DNA of 37,695 nt from Promethearchaeota archaeon (GTDB lineage Archaea > Asgardarchaeota > Lokiarchaeia > Sigyniarchaeales > SOKP01). The first letter of the stretch is position 1; each line of letters starts with the position of its first letter. The position numbers and the translations under genes are program-made. Shown here one piece after another: positions 17,744 through 26,762 of this stretch. The stretch spans positions 1-37,695 of the forward strand of contig SDNY01000024.1 of the NCBI GenBank assembly GCA_004524535.1, written 5' to 3'. The notes under the pieces were generated by a model. It was not told where the DNA came from and ran no database searches. It saw only the letters and a list, made by a program, of their open reading frames with translations.

Positions 17744-18826
17744 ATGATTTCACCTATTAGTTGGATAAATGGATTTAGCGCTTTAGCGCTAGTTTCCGCT
17801 TCTTTTATCTTTGCATTTTATTTCGTGTATATTTATTGGAAGACAAAAAATAATATTTTACTCAATGGTGCTATTTTAGGTATTGCTTGTGCATTTGGTT
17901 GGATGGGAATTACATTGTCATTTTTATCTGTTGTAATATATGGATATAATCTGCCTGGGCTCAAATTATCTGTAAATATACTTTCCTATTCTACAATGCC
18001 CATTGGGTCTATGGCAATCTTAAATATAGCATGGGAGATGTTATTGCCTCCTAAACATAAAAAAAAAGTATTGATGGCAATAGGGATATTTAGTATTTTC
18101 TATTATATAGTATTATTTATGACATTTAATAGCGCAGTAGTATGTCCTGATGTCCCACCTGGAGAAATCTACGATGATTGGCTTTCATCTGAGGAACTCC
18201 CTTATTATTTAATATATGTTTTGATTTCAGGTATTACAATAATCTTTGCAATCGGTATATTAAGATTTTTTAAAGTTGTAATAGGTGATTTGCGAAAGAG
18301 AGCAATTTGGATTATTATTGCTACTCCAATAATGGGTAGTTGCATCTTGCTTGACACGGTGATTATTACAGATGCCATGTTTCAAGATCTTTTATTTATT
18401 GTTCGATTCCTAATGATTGTATCACTTTTTTGTACATACAAAGGTTTTAAACCACCTGAAGAAAAAATCATCGATTCTATTAAAGAAGATCGCGTGGATG
18501 ATGTACGAAGATCAGCAATCGAGAGAATGTTTGCCTCTAGACCTGAGAAGATTACCGAAGAGGAAATAAAGTTTTATAAAGAAAAAACAATTTGTTTAGT
18601 ATGCAGGAAAGAGGAAACTGGTTTTATCAATCTATTTATATGCCCAGAATGTAAGGCACTTTACTGCGAAAAATGCGCTCGAGCGTTAATTAAATTAGAG
18701 AACGCATGTTGGGCGTGCAACGAGGCAATCGACAAGTCAAAACCAGTAAAACTGCCAGAGAAAGAGGAAGAGAAAGTTATAGTAGAAGAAAAGAAGACCA
18801 AAAAAAAACCCACAAAGATAAAATAA
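17744..18826 (+). CDS. Seven-transmembrane protein with C-terminal C8 RING-like zinc finger
   Basis: Seven hydrophobic segments in aa 1-235, then CLVC-x12-CPEC-x4-CEKC-x10-CWAC (18593-18718) and a Lys/Glu-rich tail. Confidence 0.85.
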   Translation: MISPISWINGFSALALVSASFIFAFYFVYIYWKTKNNILLNGAILGIACAFGWMGITLSFLSVVIYGYNLPGLKLSVNILSYSTMPIGSMAILNIAWEMLLPPKHKKKVLMAIGIFSIFYYIVLFMTFNSAVVCPDVPPGEIYDDWLSSEELPYYLIYVLISGITIIFAIGILRFFKVVIGDLRKRAIWIIIATPIMGSCILLDTVIITDAMFQDLLFIVRFLMIVSLFCTYKGFKPPEEKIIDSIKEDRVDDVRRSAIERMFASRPEKITEEEIKFYKEKTICLVCRKEETGFINLFICPECKALYCEKCARALIKLENACWACNEAIDKSKPVKLPEKEEEKVIVEEKKTKKKPTKIK

Positions 18827-18830
18827 TTAC

Positions 18831-18881
18831 TTTTTTTTTCTTTTTCTTAATAATAGTATCTTTCCCCGTAATCTAAGTAAA
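18831..18881 (+). repeat. Imperfect direct repeat, copy 2 (downstream of 7TM-RING gene)
   Basis: T9CTTTTTCTTAATAATAGTATCTTTCCCCGTAATCTAAGTAAA. Confidence 0.8.
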
Positions 18882-18902
18882 GATTTCAATTTTTAGAAAA
18901 AG

Positions 18903-19277
18903 TTATGTTGGAATATCTTTTAATTTTCCCTTTTTTAATAATTCTATCAAATTTTTAATATCTTGTTTGGGCGATCCCTTCATTGGGCTCTCAATTGCCT
19001 CCTTTGTTTTCCGAGGATGAAAATGATGTGGTCGACTAGATACATTCCAACGATCATCATAATTATCAAATCTACATCTATCTAATTCTAGTTTTGAAAA
19101 TATAATTGAGTAGCTATATTCTTCATAATCATTATATACAATGTAAAGATGGATTCCATCATGAAAAATAATATGAAGTTGTTTATCATCTACATTTATA
19201 GAGATAGTTTTTATTTCATTTGATAAATTTTGCTCGAAAATATCTCTAGCGATGTTTAATTTCGCGATTGCTTTCAT
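18903..19277 (-). CDS. DUF6516/TumE-like putative toxin
   Basis: YSY...RFDN...W..VSSRPHHFH motif. The ATG at 19277 overlaps the upstream stop (TAATG) and is preferred over 19292. Confidence 0.75.
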   Translation of the reverse strand: MKAIAKLNIARDIFEQNLSNEIKTISINVDDKQLHIIFHDGIHLYIVYNDYEEYSYSIIFSKLELDRCRFDNYDDRWNVSSRPHHFHPRKTKEAIESPMKGSPKQDIKNLIELLKKGKLKDIPT

Positions 19278-19528
19278 TATTGGCTTAACCAAATAGCTTT
19301 TCGATGCTCTAATCTATCAATTTCATCTTCAAGATTTTTTAAAATTATTGCCTCCTCTTCTGCCTCAGAAATAGTTCCATTTTTAGCATCTTCTAAGAAC
19401 TTGTTAGAAGATGTGTATCCCCACTTTTTTAAGATTTTTTCAATTTTTTTTCTTAAATGATTTAATTTGAAATCTACTAATTGAGCCAAATATTCCTTTT
19501 CTATTTTTACTTGAGTCATATCCATCAT
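19277..19528 (-). CDS. Small helical protein, putative antitoxin
   Basis: 83 aa, IEKILKKWGYTSSNKFLEDAKNG pattern, translationally coupled to the DUF6516-like gene. Confidence 0.65.
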   Translation of the reverse strand: MMDMTQVKIEKEYLAQLVDFKLNHLRKKIEKILKKWGYTSSNKFLEDAKNGTISEAEEEAIILKNLEDEIDRLEHRKAIWLSQ

Positions 19529-19821
19529 TTTTTATAATATCATTATTAATATAAATATTTATCAATTGAATTATCAAATGAACTTAAGAAATTGGATTTG
19601 ATTTCTTTTCCAATTAAAATTAATTTCATTTAATATCCAAATACCTATGGACTTTACCTTTTATTTTTTTTATTATTTTAATAGGATATTAATTAACTTT
19701 TCTTTTAGAAAAATTATATTTAACTATTAGAACAGATATATTTATTATGAAAAAACCTAATAACTAATTTAAGATATAGATTAAAATAAAAGAAAATTAT
19801 TTCATTGATTGGATTTTATCT

Positions 19822-21525
19822 ATGAGTCGTAATAATCCTTATAAACCCGAAAAAATCAAACTTGCCCTCCACAAGAAAATAATTTGGTTAATTTCAATGA
19901 TCGGATGTGGTATTTACGCTATAATTGTGATTTTTATCTTATTATCCAATCAAATACCTGCATCTGTGAAATTAATTACGATCATTAGCTACATGATAAT
20001 CGGACCATTAACCATCTACATATTATGGATATTATTTTATATTTGGAAAACAAAAAAATATCCTCCAAGTGAAAAATTAGTCAGTGATCGTAAACAATAC
20101 TTAATAATGCTTTTCCTTATTGGGATTTGCGTAGTTAATTTCGCAGCATACTGGAATTCGGGAATCATGGATCTTTGGCTTCTTGCCGCAAATGGGGTTT
20201 ATTTCGTTACAGGAGATGAAATTTTGGCTTCAGTATACTATTACGTTGGAGCTTATGGAATTACACCCGCACTTGGGGAAGAGTTTTTGAAATCTCTTCC
20301 CAGTATCTTAGCATTTTTCATTGTATTGCAGAGGAACAGTAATTCTGAACAAAAAGGAAAGGGCATGCTTGGAAACGAATTAAATGGATTTTTGTTTGGT
20401 TTGATAATAGGAATAACATTTGAGATATTAGAACTCATATCTTATCTTGGATTTACAGTATTATATGGTGGAAATGCCTTTGATATTTATATTCAGGTAA
20501 CAATTAGAGATTGGGCTCCAATTCACATATTAGGTGGTTCAATTGGAGGATTTGCAGCAGGGAGAGCAGAAAGACTTCGATTTGAGCGAGGAGAAGAGAA
20601 TCACCCCATGGGAAGTCAATTTATAAAATTTTTAAAACGATTTACCCCTCTCTGGCTCATCCCCGTTTCTATACACTTTCTATGGAATAGTTCTTCAATC
20701 TGGATTTTACTTTACGTTTATACAATTAACGCTCAAGGCACAAACCTAGATCTAATCCTTCAAATTATTGTATTTGTAGTATTAGGTTCTTTGTCTTTTG
20801 CTTTATTGTTATTCTTTTTAAGGCGAGCAAATAAAATTGCTAAAAAAACTTTTCGTTGCCCTGAAACAGGTATTATTGTTGTTAATGAAGATATTGTATG
20901 TACTTCTTTCAATGATAGAATCCCTTCTGAAGATATCCAATTCTCACAAATAAAGCCTGCCAATTTTTGTACTAATTGTGGCGAGCCTGTTAAGATTAAT
21001 GCCCGCTTTTGTATTAAATGTGGATTTAATATAGAGCAATTCAATTCAACTCCAACTACTTTATCACCAAATCCTACAAAACTCTATGATGGGTTTACAA
21101 TAGCTCTCTTTATTATCTCTTTAATAGCGACTCTAATTTTTCTCGTATTTGAGATAATTTTGTTTTTTTCAAATCTATTAATATATGGACCTGAAATATT
21201 ATTTATCCTAATTTTTCAGATTAGTATCAGCTTATTAACTTTAGGATTAATGATATACGCTGTCATACGTCTTTTAATGTTAATAAATGATTATGATGGA
21301 AGAAAGAGTATCTTGTATTGGTTGATCTTAATTTTTAATGTAATCGGAATGTTTGGAATATTATTTATAATTGGTATAGTTTACTTGTTGTATGCACCAT
21401 TTTATTATTATAGTACATTAGGAATAGGTATTCCATTTTTAATAGGAGCGGTAATTCTTCTCATTTTTATGATATTCGTAATATTAAAGGGACAACAAAC
21501 ATTCCAATACCAACGATTCATTTAA
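19822..21525 (+). CDS. PrsW-family intramembrane protease with internal zinc ribbon and extra C-terminal TM bundle
   Basis: P..EEFLK, FEILE, PIH and IHFLWN motifs; FCTNCG...FCIKCG; four further TM helices. Confidence 0.85.
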   Translation: MSRNNPYKPEKIKLALHKKIIWLISMIGCGIYAIIVIFILLSNQIPASVKLITIISYMIIGPLTIYILWILFYIWKTKKYPPSEKLVSDRKQYLIMLFLIGICVVNFAAYWNSGIMDLWLLAANGVYFVTGDEILASVYYYVGAYGITPALGEEFLKSLPSILAFFIVLQRNSNSEQKGKGMLGNELNGFLFGLIIGITFEILELISYLGFTVLYGGNAFDIYIQVTIRDWAPIHILGGSIGGFAAGRAERLRFERGEENHPMGSQFIKFLKRFTPLWLIPVSIHFLWNSSSIWILLYVYTINAQGTNLDLILQIIVFVVLGSLSFALLLFFLRRANKIAKKTFRCPETGIIVVNEDIVCTSFNDRIPSEDIQFSQIKPANFCTNCGEPVKINARFCIKCGFNIEQFNSTPTTLSPNPTKLYDGFTIALFIISLIATLIFLVFEIILFFSNLLIYGPEILFILIFQISISLLTLGLMIYAVIRLLMLINDYDGRKSILYWLILIFNVIGMFGILFIIGIVYLLYAPFYYYSTLGIGIPFLIGAVILLIFMIFVILKGQQTFQYQRFI

Positions 21526-21563
21526 GAGTTTATGAGGAGATAAAAAATAAAAGGTGATTAACA

Positions 21564-22319
21564 ATAAAAATTCATGACAAATTTCAAAAGGGTGTAGAAA
21601 ACGTTTTTTTTAAGGGAGAATCTACAAAATGGAGCCGAAAACTTACCTTCATTTTTGGAAATTTATTTTTGATGGTTTTTTTATATGGAATTATCATAAT
21701 GCTTATTTTATACACTTGGACGGGTAGTTTATATCCTGAAGGTACAGGTTATAGATTAGATTTTCTTGGTGAAAATTTTATTCCATTTGTTCCAGAAATG
21801 GCCATTTTCTATATTTTTTTATTTTTTCCAATGTTAATTCTAACTTTAATCTATTTCGGTTTTCTTGATGAAGAGAAAGGTTACGGTTTAGGATGGTCTA
21901 TCGTGATAATGAATGCTATCGCAACTATTATCTATATCATTTTTCCCGTATCAACTTACTGGTGGAGACAAGAGCTTTTGGCTAATAAAATTGAAGGCAA
22001 TTTTTTCGCAGATTTAATGTACTTCTATTACACGCACGAGACAAGTTTCAATTGCTTACCAAGTATGCATGCTGGAATGTCGACTATTTGTTTCTTCACT
22101 TGGTATCAGTACTATAAAATAAATCCAACTTTTAAGAGAAAAATTATAGCAATTATTGCTTTAATCATAGCAGTTGGAGTTGTGCTATCAACATTATTTG
22201 TGAAACAGCACTACATAATTGATGAGATTGCTGGAGTTGCATTAGCTTTTGCTGTTGGAATGTTTGTTTTTAGACGATCTAGCGGTTGGAATCCCTCTGA
22301 AATAACAAATCAAACCTAA
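21564..22319 (+). CDS. PAP2-superfamily (Aur1/PAP2_3-like) membrane phosphatase or phosphotransferase; probable ATA start
   Basis: IIFPV, NCLPSMH, STLFVKQHYIIDEIAG. AGGTGA (21552-21557) lies 6 nt before the in-frame ATA at 21564. Confidence 0.85.
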   Translation: MKIHDKFQKGVENVFFKGESTKWSRKLTFIFGNLFLMVFLYGIIIMLILYTWTGSLYPEGTGYRLDFLGENFIPFVPEMAIFYIFLFFPMLILTLIYFGFLDEEKGYGLGWSIVIMNAIATIIYIIFPVSTYWWRQELLANKIEGNFFADLMYFYYTHETSFNCLPSMHAGMSTICFFTWYQYYKINPTFKRKIIAIIALIIAVGVVLSTLFVKQHYIIDEIAGVALAFAVGMFVFRRSSGWNPSEITNQT

Positions 22320-22377
22320 TTTCTTGCTAATCCTAAAATAACATTTTAAGTACATAATAATAAAATATTGATTAAAA

Positions 22378-23208
22378 ATGGGAAAAAGTAAGAAAAAAAC
22401 TGGTAGATCTGTAAGATATGTAAATATGCTCAAAAGACTTTATCGCCATGCTGATTTTTTAGCAAAATTAACCAAACTATCATTTATCCAAAAGCGTATT
22501 GATAAATCAACAGTGAACGATGAGATGATTTATCTAACAAAAGATAAAGTAATCCCCATAAATCAAGAAGTTGAAAAACCAACAGATATGGTTTTACCTT
22601 CAGAAGTTGTTGAATATTTCGTTAATAAAACAAAATATCATTGGATAATGAATTTTTGTATTTGTAGAGATTCTTTGAAATGTGAAGATTATCCTAGACA
22701 ATTAGGGTGCCTATTTATGGGTGAACCTGTCGTAGGAATTAATCCTGCATTTGGGAGATTGGTTACTAAGGAAGAAGCTTTAGAGCATCTTAAAAAATGT
22801 CGTGAGGCTGGATTAGTACATGTAATAGGTCGAAATGAACTAGACGCAAAATGGCTCGGAATTGGACCAGGTAGTAAACTACTTACAATATGTAATTGTT
22901 GTCCTTGTTGCTGTATAACTAGATATGCCCCAAAGGTAAAATTTGTTGGTAATACTCTTAAAAAGATGTCAGGAGTAGAAATAAAAGTAACTGATAAATG
23001 TATAGGATGTGGTACTTGTACGAGAGGCGTTTGTTTCGCTAATGCAATTGAAATTATTGATAATAAAGCGGTTATTAATGAAGAATGCCGAGGATGTGGT
23101 CGATGTGTAGATATATGCCCTCAAAAAGCAATTGAACTAATAATAAATGACGATAATTTCATAAAAAATTCAATAAAAAGAATAGATGAATTAGTAGATC
23201 TTACTTAA
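22378..23208 (+). CDS. Cys-rich 4Fe-4S dicluster protein (CxCR...LVH...CNCCPCCC family)
   Basis: CICR, GLVH, ICNCCPCCC, CIGCGTC...C, CRGCGRCVDICP. Confidence 0.9.
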   Translation: MGKSKKKTGRSVRYVNMLKRLYRHADFLAKLTKLSFIQKRIDKSTVNDEMIYLTKDKVIPINQEVEKPTDMVLPSEVVEYFVNKTKYHWIMNFCICRDSLKCEDYPRQLGCLFMGEPVVGINPAFGRLVTKEEALEHLKKCREAGLVHVIGRNELDAKWLGIGPGSKLLTICNCCPCCCITRYAPKVKFVGNTLKKMSGVEIKVTDKCIGCGTCTRGVCFANAIEIIDNKAVINEECRGCGRCVDICPQKAIELIINDDNFIKNSIKRIDELVDLT

Positions 23209-23412
23209 GTAATATTTCAATTCCATTTTATTTCCTTTCATTTCGAAAATTGTATAGTAAAATATGTGGAACGACGTAATTTAACTCAAAGACCATCTTT
23301 CTTAACCTAATAAATGATCGAGGATTTAATTTAATAAACTAAAATCTTTTAAATTTCAATTTTCATAATTTAATATAGATTTATAGTTTATTATTGAATA
23401 ATTAAAATTATA

Positions 23413-25497
23413 ATGATTCCAATGATTAATACTACTAATTCCGAGTTAAAAACTGCTAAAGAATGGACTAATAAAGGAGTTTCCTTTGCCGCAAAGGGGA
23501 TATATCATAAGGCAATTGATTGTTATGAAGAAGCGCTAAAGATTGATCCTAATCATTACATTGCGATTCTAAATTTAGGACATGCTTACGCTCATTTAAA
23601 AATTTTTGATTTAGCAAAAAAACACTATGAGAGGGCAGTTGAATTAGACAGTAATGATCCACATGCTTGGAGTTCTCTTGGGAATCTCTATGCCAGTAAA
23701 AATCATAATGCAAACGCAATTAAATATTTTGAAAAAGCTATCAGCTTAAATCCAAAAATTCCCGAGATATGGAACAATATGGGCAAAGTATATGGTTCCA
23801 AAACGAATGATAAAAAATCTTTTCGTAAAGCAATTAATTGCTTTCAAAAAGCACTAGAGATTGATCCAAACTCTAATGAAGCATGGAAAAATTTAGGATA
23901 TTTAGAAAAAAATAAGAAAAATTATGATGATGCCATTAAAAATTTTGAGAAAATAAAAGATTATGATAATATCATCAAATGTTATGCGGAAATACTTAAA
24001 TTAAAACCAACTGATATTAATTCCTGGAACAATTTGGCTGCTACACTTGCTGCCAAGAAAGAGTATAATAAAGCAATCGAATGCATTGAATTTATCTTAG
24101 AATTAGATCCAAATAATGACCTAGCAAGAAAGAATTTAGAAGACTTTCTCGAATTAAGAAAATCTACTTTAGAATCTCCAAGAGAATGGTGCGATATGGG
24201 AAATTATTATCAATCGAAGGAAGAATTTGATAAATCCATTGATTTCTATCAAAAAGCCATTGAATTGGATAAAAAAAATAAAGAACCTTGGATGCTTTTA
24301 GCTTCTATTTACGATGATCTAAAATTTTACTATAAATCAATTGTTTGTTATGAAAAAATAGTAGAATTAGATCCTTCTAATATTAAGGCATTAAATAACA
24401 TGGGCGCTGCGTATGTCGCCATTAATAATTTTGATAAAGCCATCGAATCTTATGATAAAGCCCTTGAACTCGAGAGCAGCGCACTCATTTTGACTCATAA
24501 GGGAAATGCATATGCTGCTAAAAATTCATATGATAAGGCGATTGAATGTTATAATAAAGCACTTACTCTAGACAAAAAGGAACCAATTGCGTGGAACAGT
24601 TTAGGAAATGCATTTATGGCTAAAGAAGACTATAGTAATGCAAATCAAGCTTATGATAAAGCTATAAAGCTAAATCCAAATTATGTTGATGCCTTAAATA
24701 ATAGGGGTTCTCTCTATCTTAAAAAGAAAAAATACGATAAAGCATTTTCCTATTTTGAAAGAGCTACCAATCTAAATCCTAATATTCCATCAATATGGGT
24801 CAACATGGGTAAAATACGGCAACATAAACATAAACTAGATGAAGCAATTATTTGCTTTGAAGAAGCGATAAATCTGGAACCGGAATATCAAGAAGCGTGG
24901 AACGGCTTAGGCGACACGTTTTTTTCTAAAAAAGAATACGAAAAAGCTATAAAATATTATGAAAAAACTCAAAATTATGCTAAAATAATTGAATGCTACG
25001 AAGAAATAATAAAAGTAAATGCAGATATAGTAGAGCCCTGGGTGGGGCTAGCTAATGCATATTCTAAAGAAAAACAATTCGAAAAAGCTATAGCTTTTCA
25101 CAATGCGGCACTGAAATTAGACCCCAAATGTATTGAAGCCATCAAAAATAAAGGGCAAATCTATTATATTCAAGAGAATTACGAAAAAGCTGCGAGGAAT
25201 TTTCAAAAAGTAATTGAATTATCTGTGGGAATTGAATTAGATCAAGAGGAGCAATGGCAAATGCCCATATTTGAGTGTTATGAAAAAATGTTAGAACAAA
25301 ACCCAAATGATGTTATCGCATTGATAAATATGGGAATAATGTATGGTTATAAAAAAGAAATCGATAAAGCTGTTGAATGCTTTGAAAAGGTTTTTGAAAA
25401 CGATCCCTATAACGCTTCTGCTCGACATAATCTAAATATAGTTCTTGGGAAGGGTAAGACTTACGATAGCTATGCATTTGCAAAGCGTGAAAAATAA
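23413..25497 (+). CDS. Tetratricopeptide repeat protein
   Basis: Continuous 34-aa W..LG..Y......AI..Y.KA.EL.P repeats; no other domain visible. Confidence 0.93.
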   Translation: MIPMINTTNSELKTAKEWTNKGVSFAAKGIYHKAIDCYEEALKIDPNHYIAILNLGHAYAHLKIFDLAKKHYERAVELDSNDPHAWSSLGNLYASKNHNANAIKYFEKAISLNPKIPEIWNNMGKVYGSKTNDKKSFRKAINCFQKALEIDPNSNEAWKNLGYLEKNKKNYDDAIKNFEKIKDYDNIIKCYAEILKLKPTDINSWNNLAATLAAKKEYNKAIECIEFILELDPNNDLARKNLEDFLELRKSTLESPREWCDMGNYYQSKEEFDKSIDFYQKAIELDKKNKEPWMLLASIYDDLKFYYKSIVCYEKIVELDPSNIKALNNMGAAYVAINNFDKAIESYDKALELESSALILTHKGNAYAAKNSYDKAIECYNKALTLDKKEPIAWNSLGNAFMAKEDYSNANQAYDKAIKLNPNYVDALNNRGSLYLKKKKYDKAFSYFERATNLNPNIPSIWVNMGKIRQHKHKLDEAIICFEEAINLEPEYQEAWNGLGDTFFSKKEYEKAIKYYEKTQNYAKIIECYEEIIKVNADIVEPWVGLANAYSKEKQFEKAIAFHNAALKLDPKCIEAIKNKGQIYYIQENYEKAARNFQKVIELSVGIELDQEEQWQMPIFECYEKMLEQNPNDVIALINMGIMYGYKKEIDKAVECFEKVFENDPYNASARHNLNIVLGKGKTYDSYAFAKREK

Positions 25498-25585
25498 ATT
25501 ACTTTTTATGAAATTTTTTTTAAAATATTACCTTTATTTAATATAATGAATATTTATTCAAAATCTAAAATGAGGAATAGATCAA

Positions 25586-26599
25586 ATGAGTATTAATATT
25601 TCGGAAGGGATAGAAAGTGGGAAGATTACAATAAAAGTTTTAACTACTAATGAAGTTAGTTTAACAGTTTTGACAGAAGATAAATTTAAAGGTAAAGTTA
25701 TTCAACCAGGGACGGCAGCTAGTAGATTTAAGGCAGAACATGGACTTGCAATGAGTATTGAAATAAAGGATGATGAATCAAGTCATCTTTTTTTATTAGA
25801 TACAGGGGGTTTACCACAAACTATAATAGATAATAGTAAGCATTTAAATATAAATTTAAATGATGTTGAAAAATTAATCCTAAGTCATGGGCATTTAGAT
25901 CATTTTGGTGGTTTAAATAAAGTAATTCCAGAATTGAAAGAAGGATGCGAAATGTATTTAAATCCAAATTGCTATTTGCAAAACTTTTGGGCTATAACTA
26001 ATTCAGGGGAGGAACTTCCACCTGAGGAGCTGTTAACTTCAGTAAAAGAATTAAAAAACGAAGGAAAAATTAAATTATCAGGAAAGATACCGCAGTTAAA
26101 TAAAACTTTAATTCACAATTTAGCAAACCAGCATAATATAAAAATAATTGAAACTAATGAACCCGTTAAATTGTACAATGGCATCGTGACGAGCGGAGAA
26201 ATTGAATTATTTGATAAAAACGAGGTAACAAAAGGATTTTACATCCAGAAAAGTAGAAAAGAGTTTGAAAAAAATTATTTTCGTGACGAAACTTCAATTT
26301 ACATTAATGTGAAAGATAAAGGTTTAGTTGTGATAACGGGCTGTGGACATACAGGCATTATAAATACTATTAAACATGGACAAAAATTAACTGGGACGGA
26401 TAAAGTTTACGCCGTAATAGGTGGATTCCACGAAGAATGGAACCCTATTGAGGTTATTGAGGAAAAAGTAAAATATTTTGAAAAACTAAATCCAGAAGTA
26501 ATATGTGGTATGCATTGTACGGGATTTGGATTTAATAAAGTCATGGGCTCTCATCCTTCTCACACATTAGGTTTTGTTGGGACAGAGTTTCATTTCTAA
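25586..26599 (+). CDS. MBL-fold metallo-hydrolase (archaeal dihydropterin-synthase-like subfamily)
   Basis: AEHGL, LLDTG, LSHGHLDHFGG, DE, ITGCGH.GI.N, GGFH, HCTG. Confidence 0.88.
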   Translation: MSINISEGIESGKITIKVLTTNEVSLTVLTEDKFKGKVIQPGTAASRFKAEHGLAMSIEIKDDESSHLFLLDTGGLPQTIIDNSKHLNINLNDVEKLILSHGHLDHFGGLNKVIPELKEGCEMYLNPNCYLQNFWAITNSGEELPPEELLTSVKELKNEGKIKLSGKIPQLNKTLIHNLANQHNIKIIETNEPVKLYNGIVTSGEIELFDKNEVTKGFYIQKSRKEFEKNYFRDETSIYINVKDKGLVVITGCGHTGIINTIKHGQKLTGTDKVYAVIGGFHEEWNPIEVIEEKVKYFEKLNPEVICGMHCTGFGFNKVMGSHPSHTLGFVGTEFHF

Positions 26600-26762
26600 T
26601 TAAATTATTCAATCTCATAAAAAAATTGGTTTGTGAAGTCATAAATTTCCACATTTTTTCATAATTTTCACATTAAGGTTCTTTTTTTTTTATTCTCATT
26701 ATATTTCAAAAATTCGTAACTGTAGGGGGGTTTAAAAGTACTGAATAAGAATTAAAGTTAAG

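Noticed and set aside
17744-18450. Microbial rhodopsin assignment for the 7TM domain
   Set aside because: No DxxxK-type retinal-binding lysine motif in the middle of helix 7.
17000-26600. Provirus, IS element or integron in the accessory stretch
   Set aside because: No integrase, transposase, terminal inverted repeats or viral structural genes seen; only the short direct repeats reported above.
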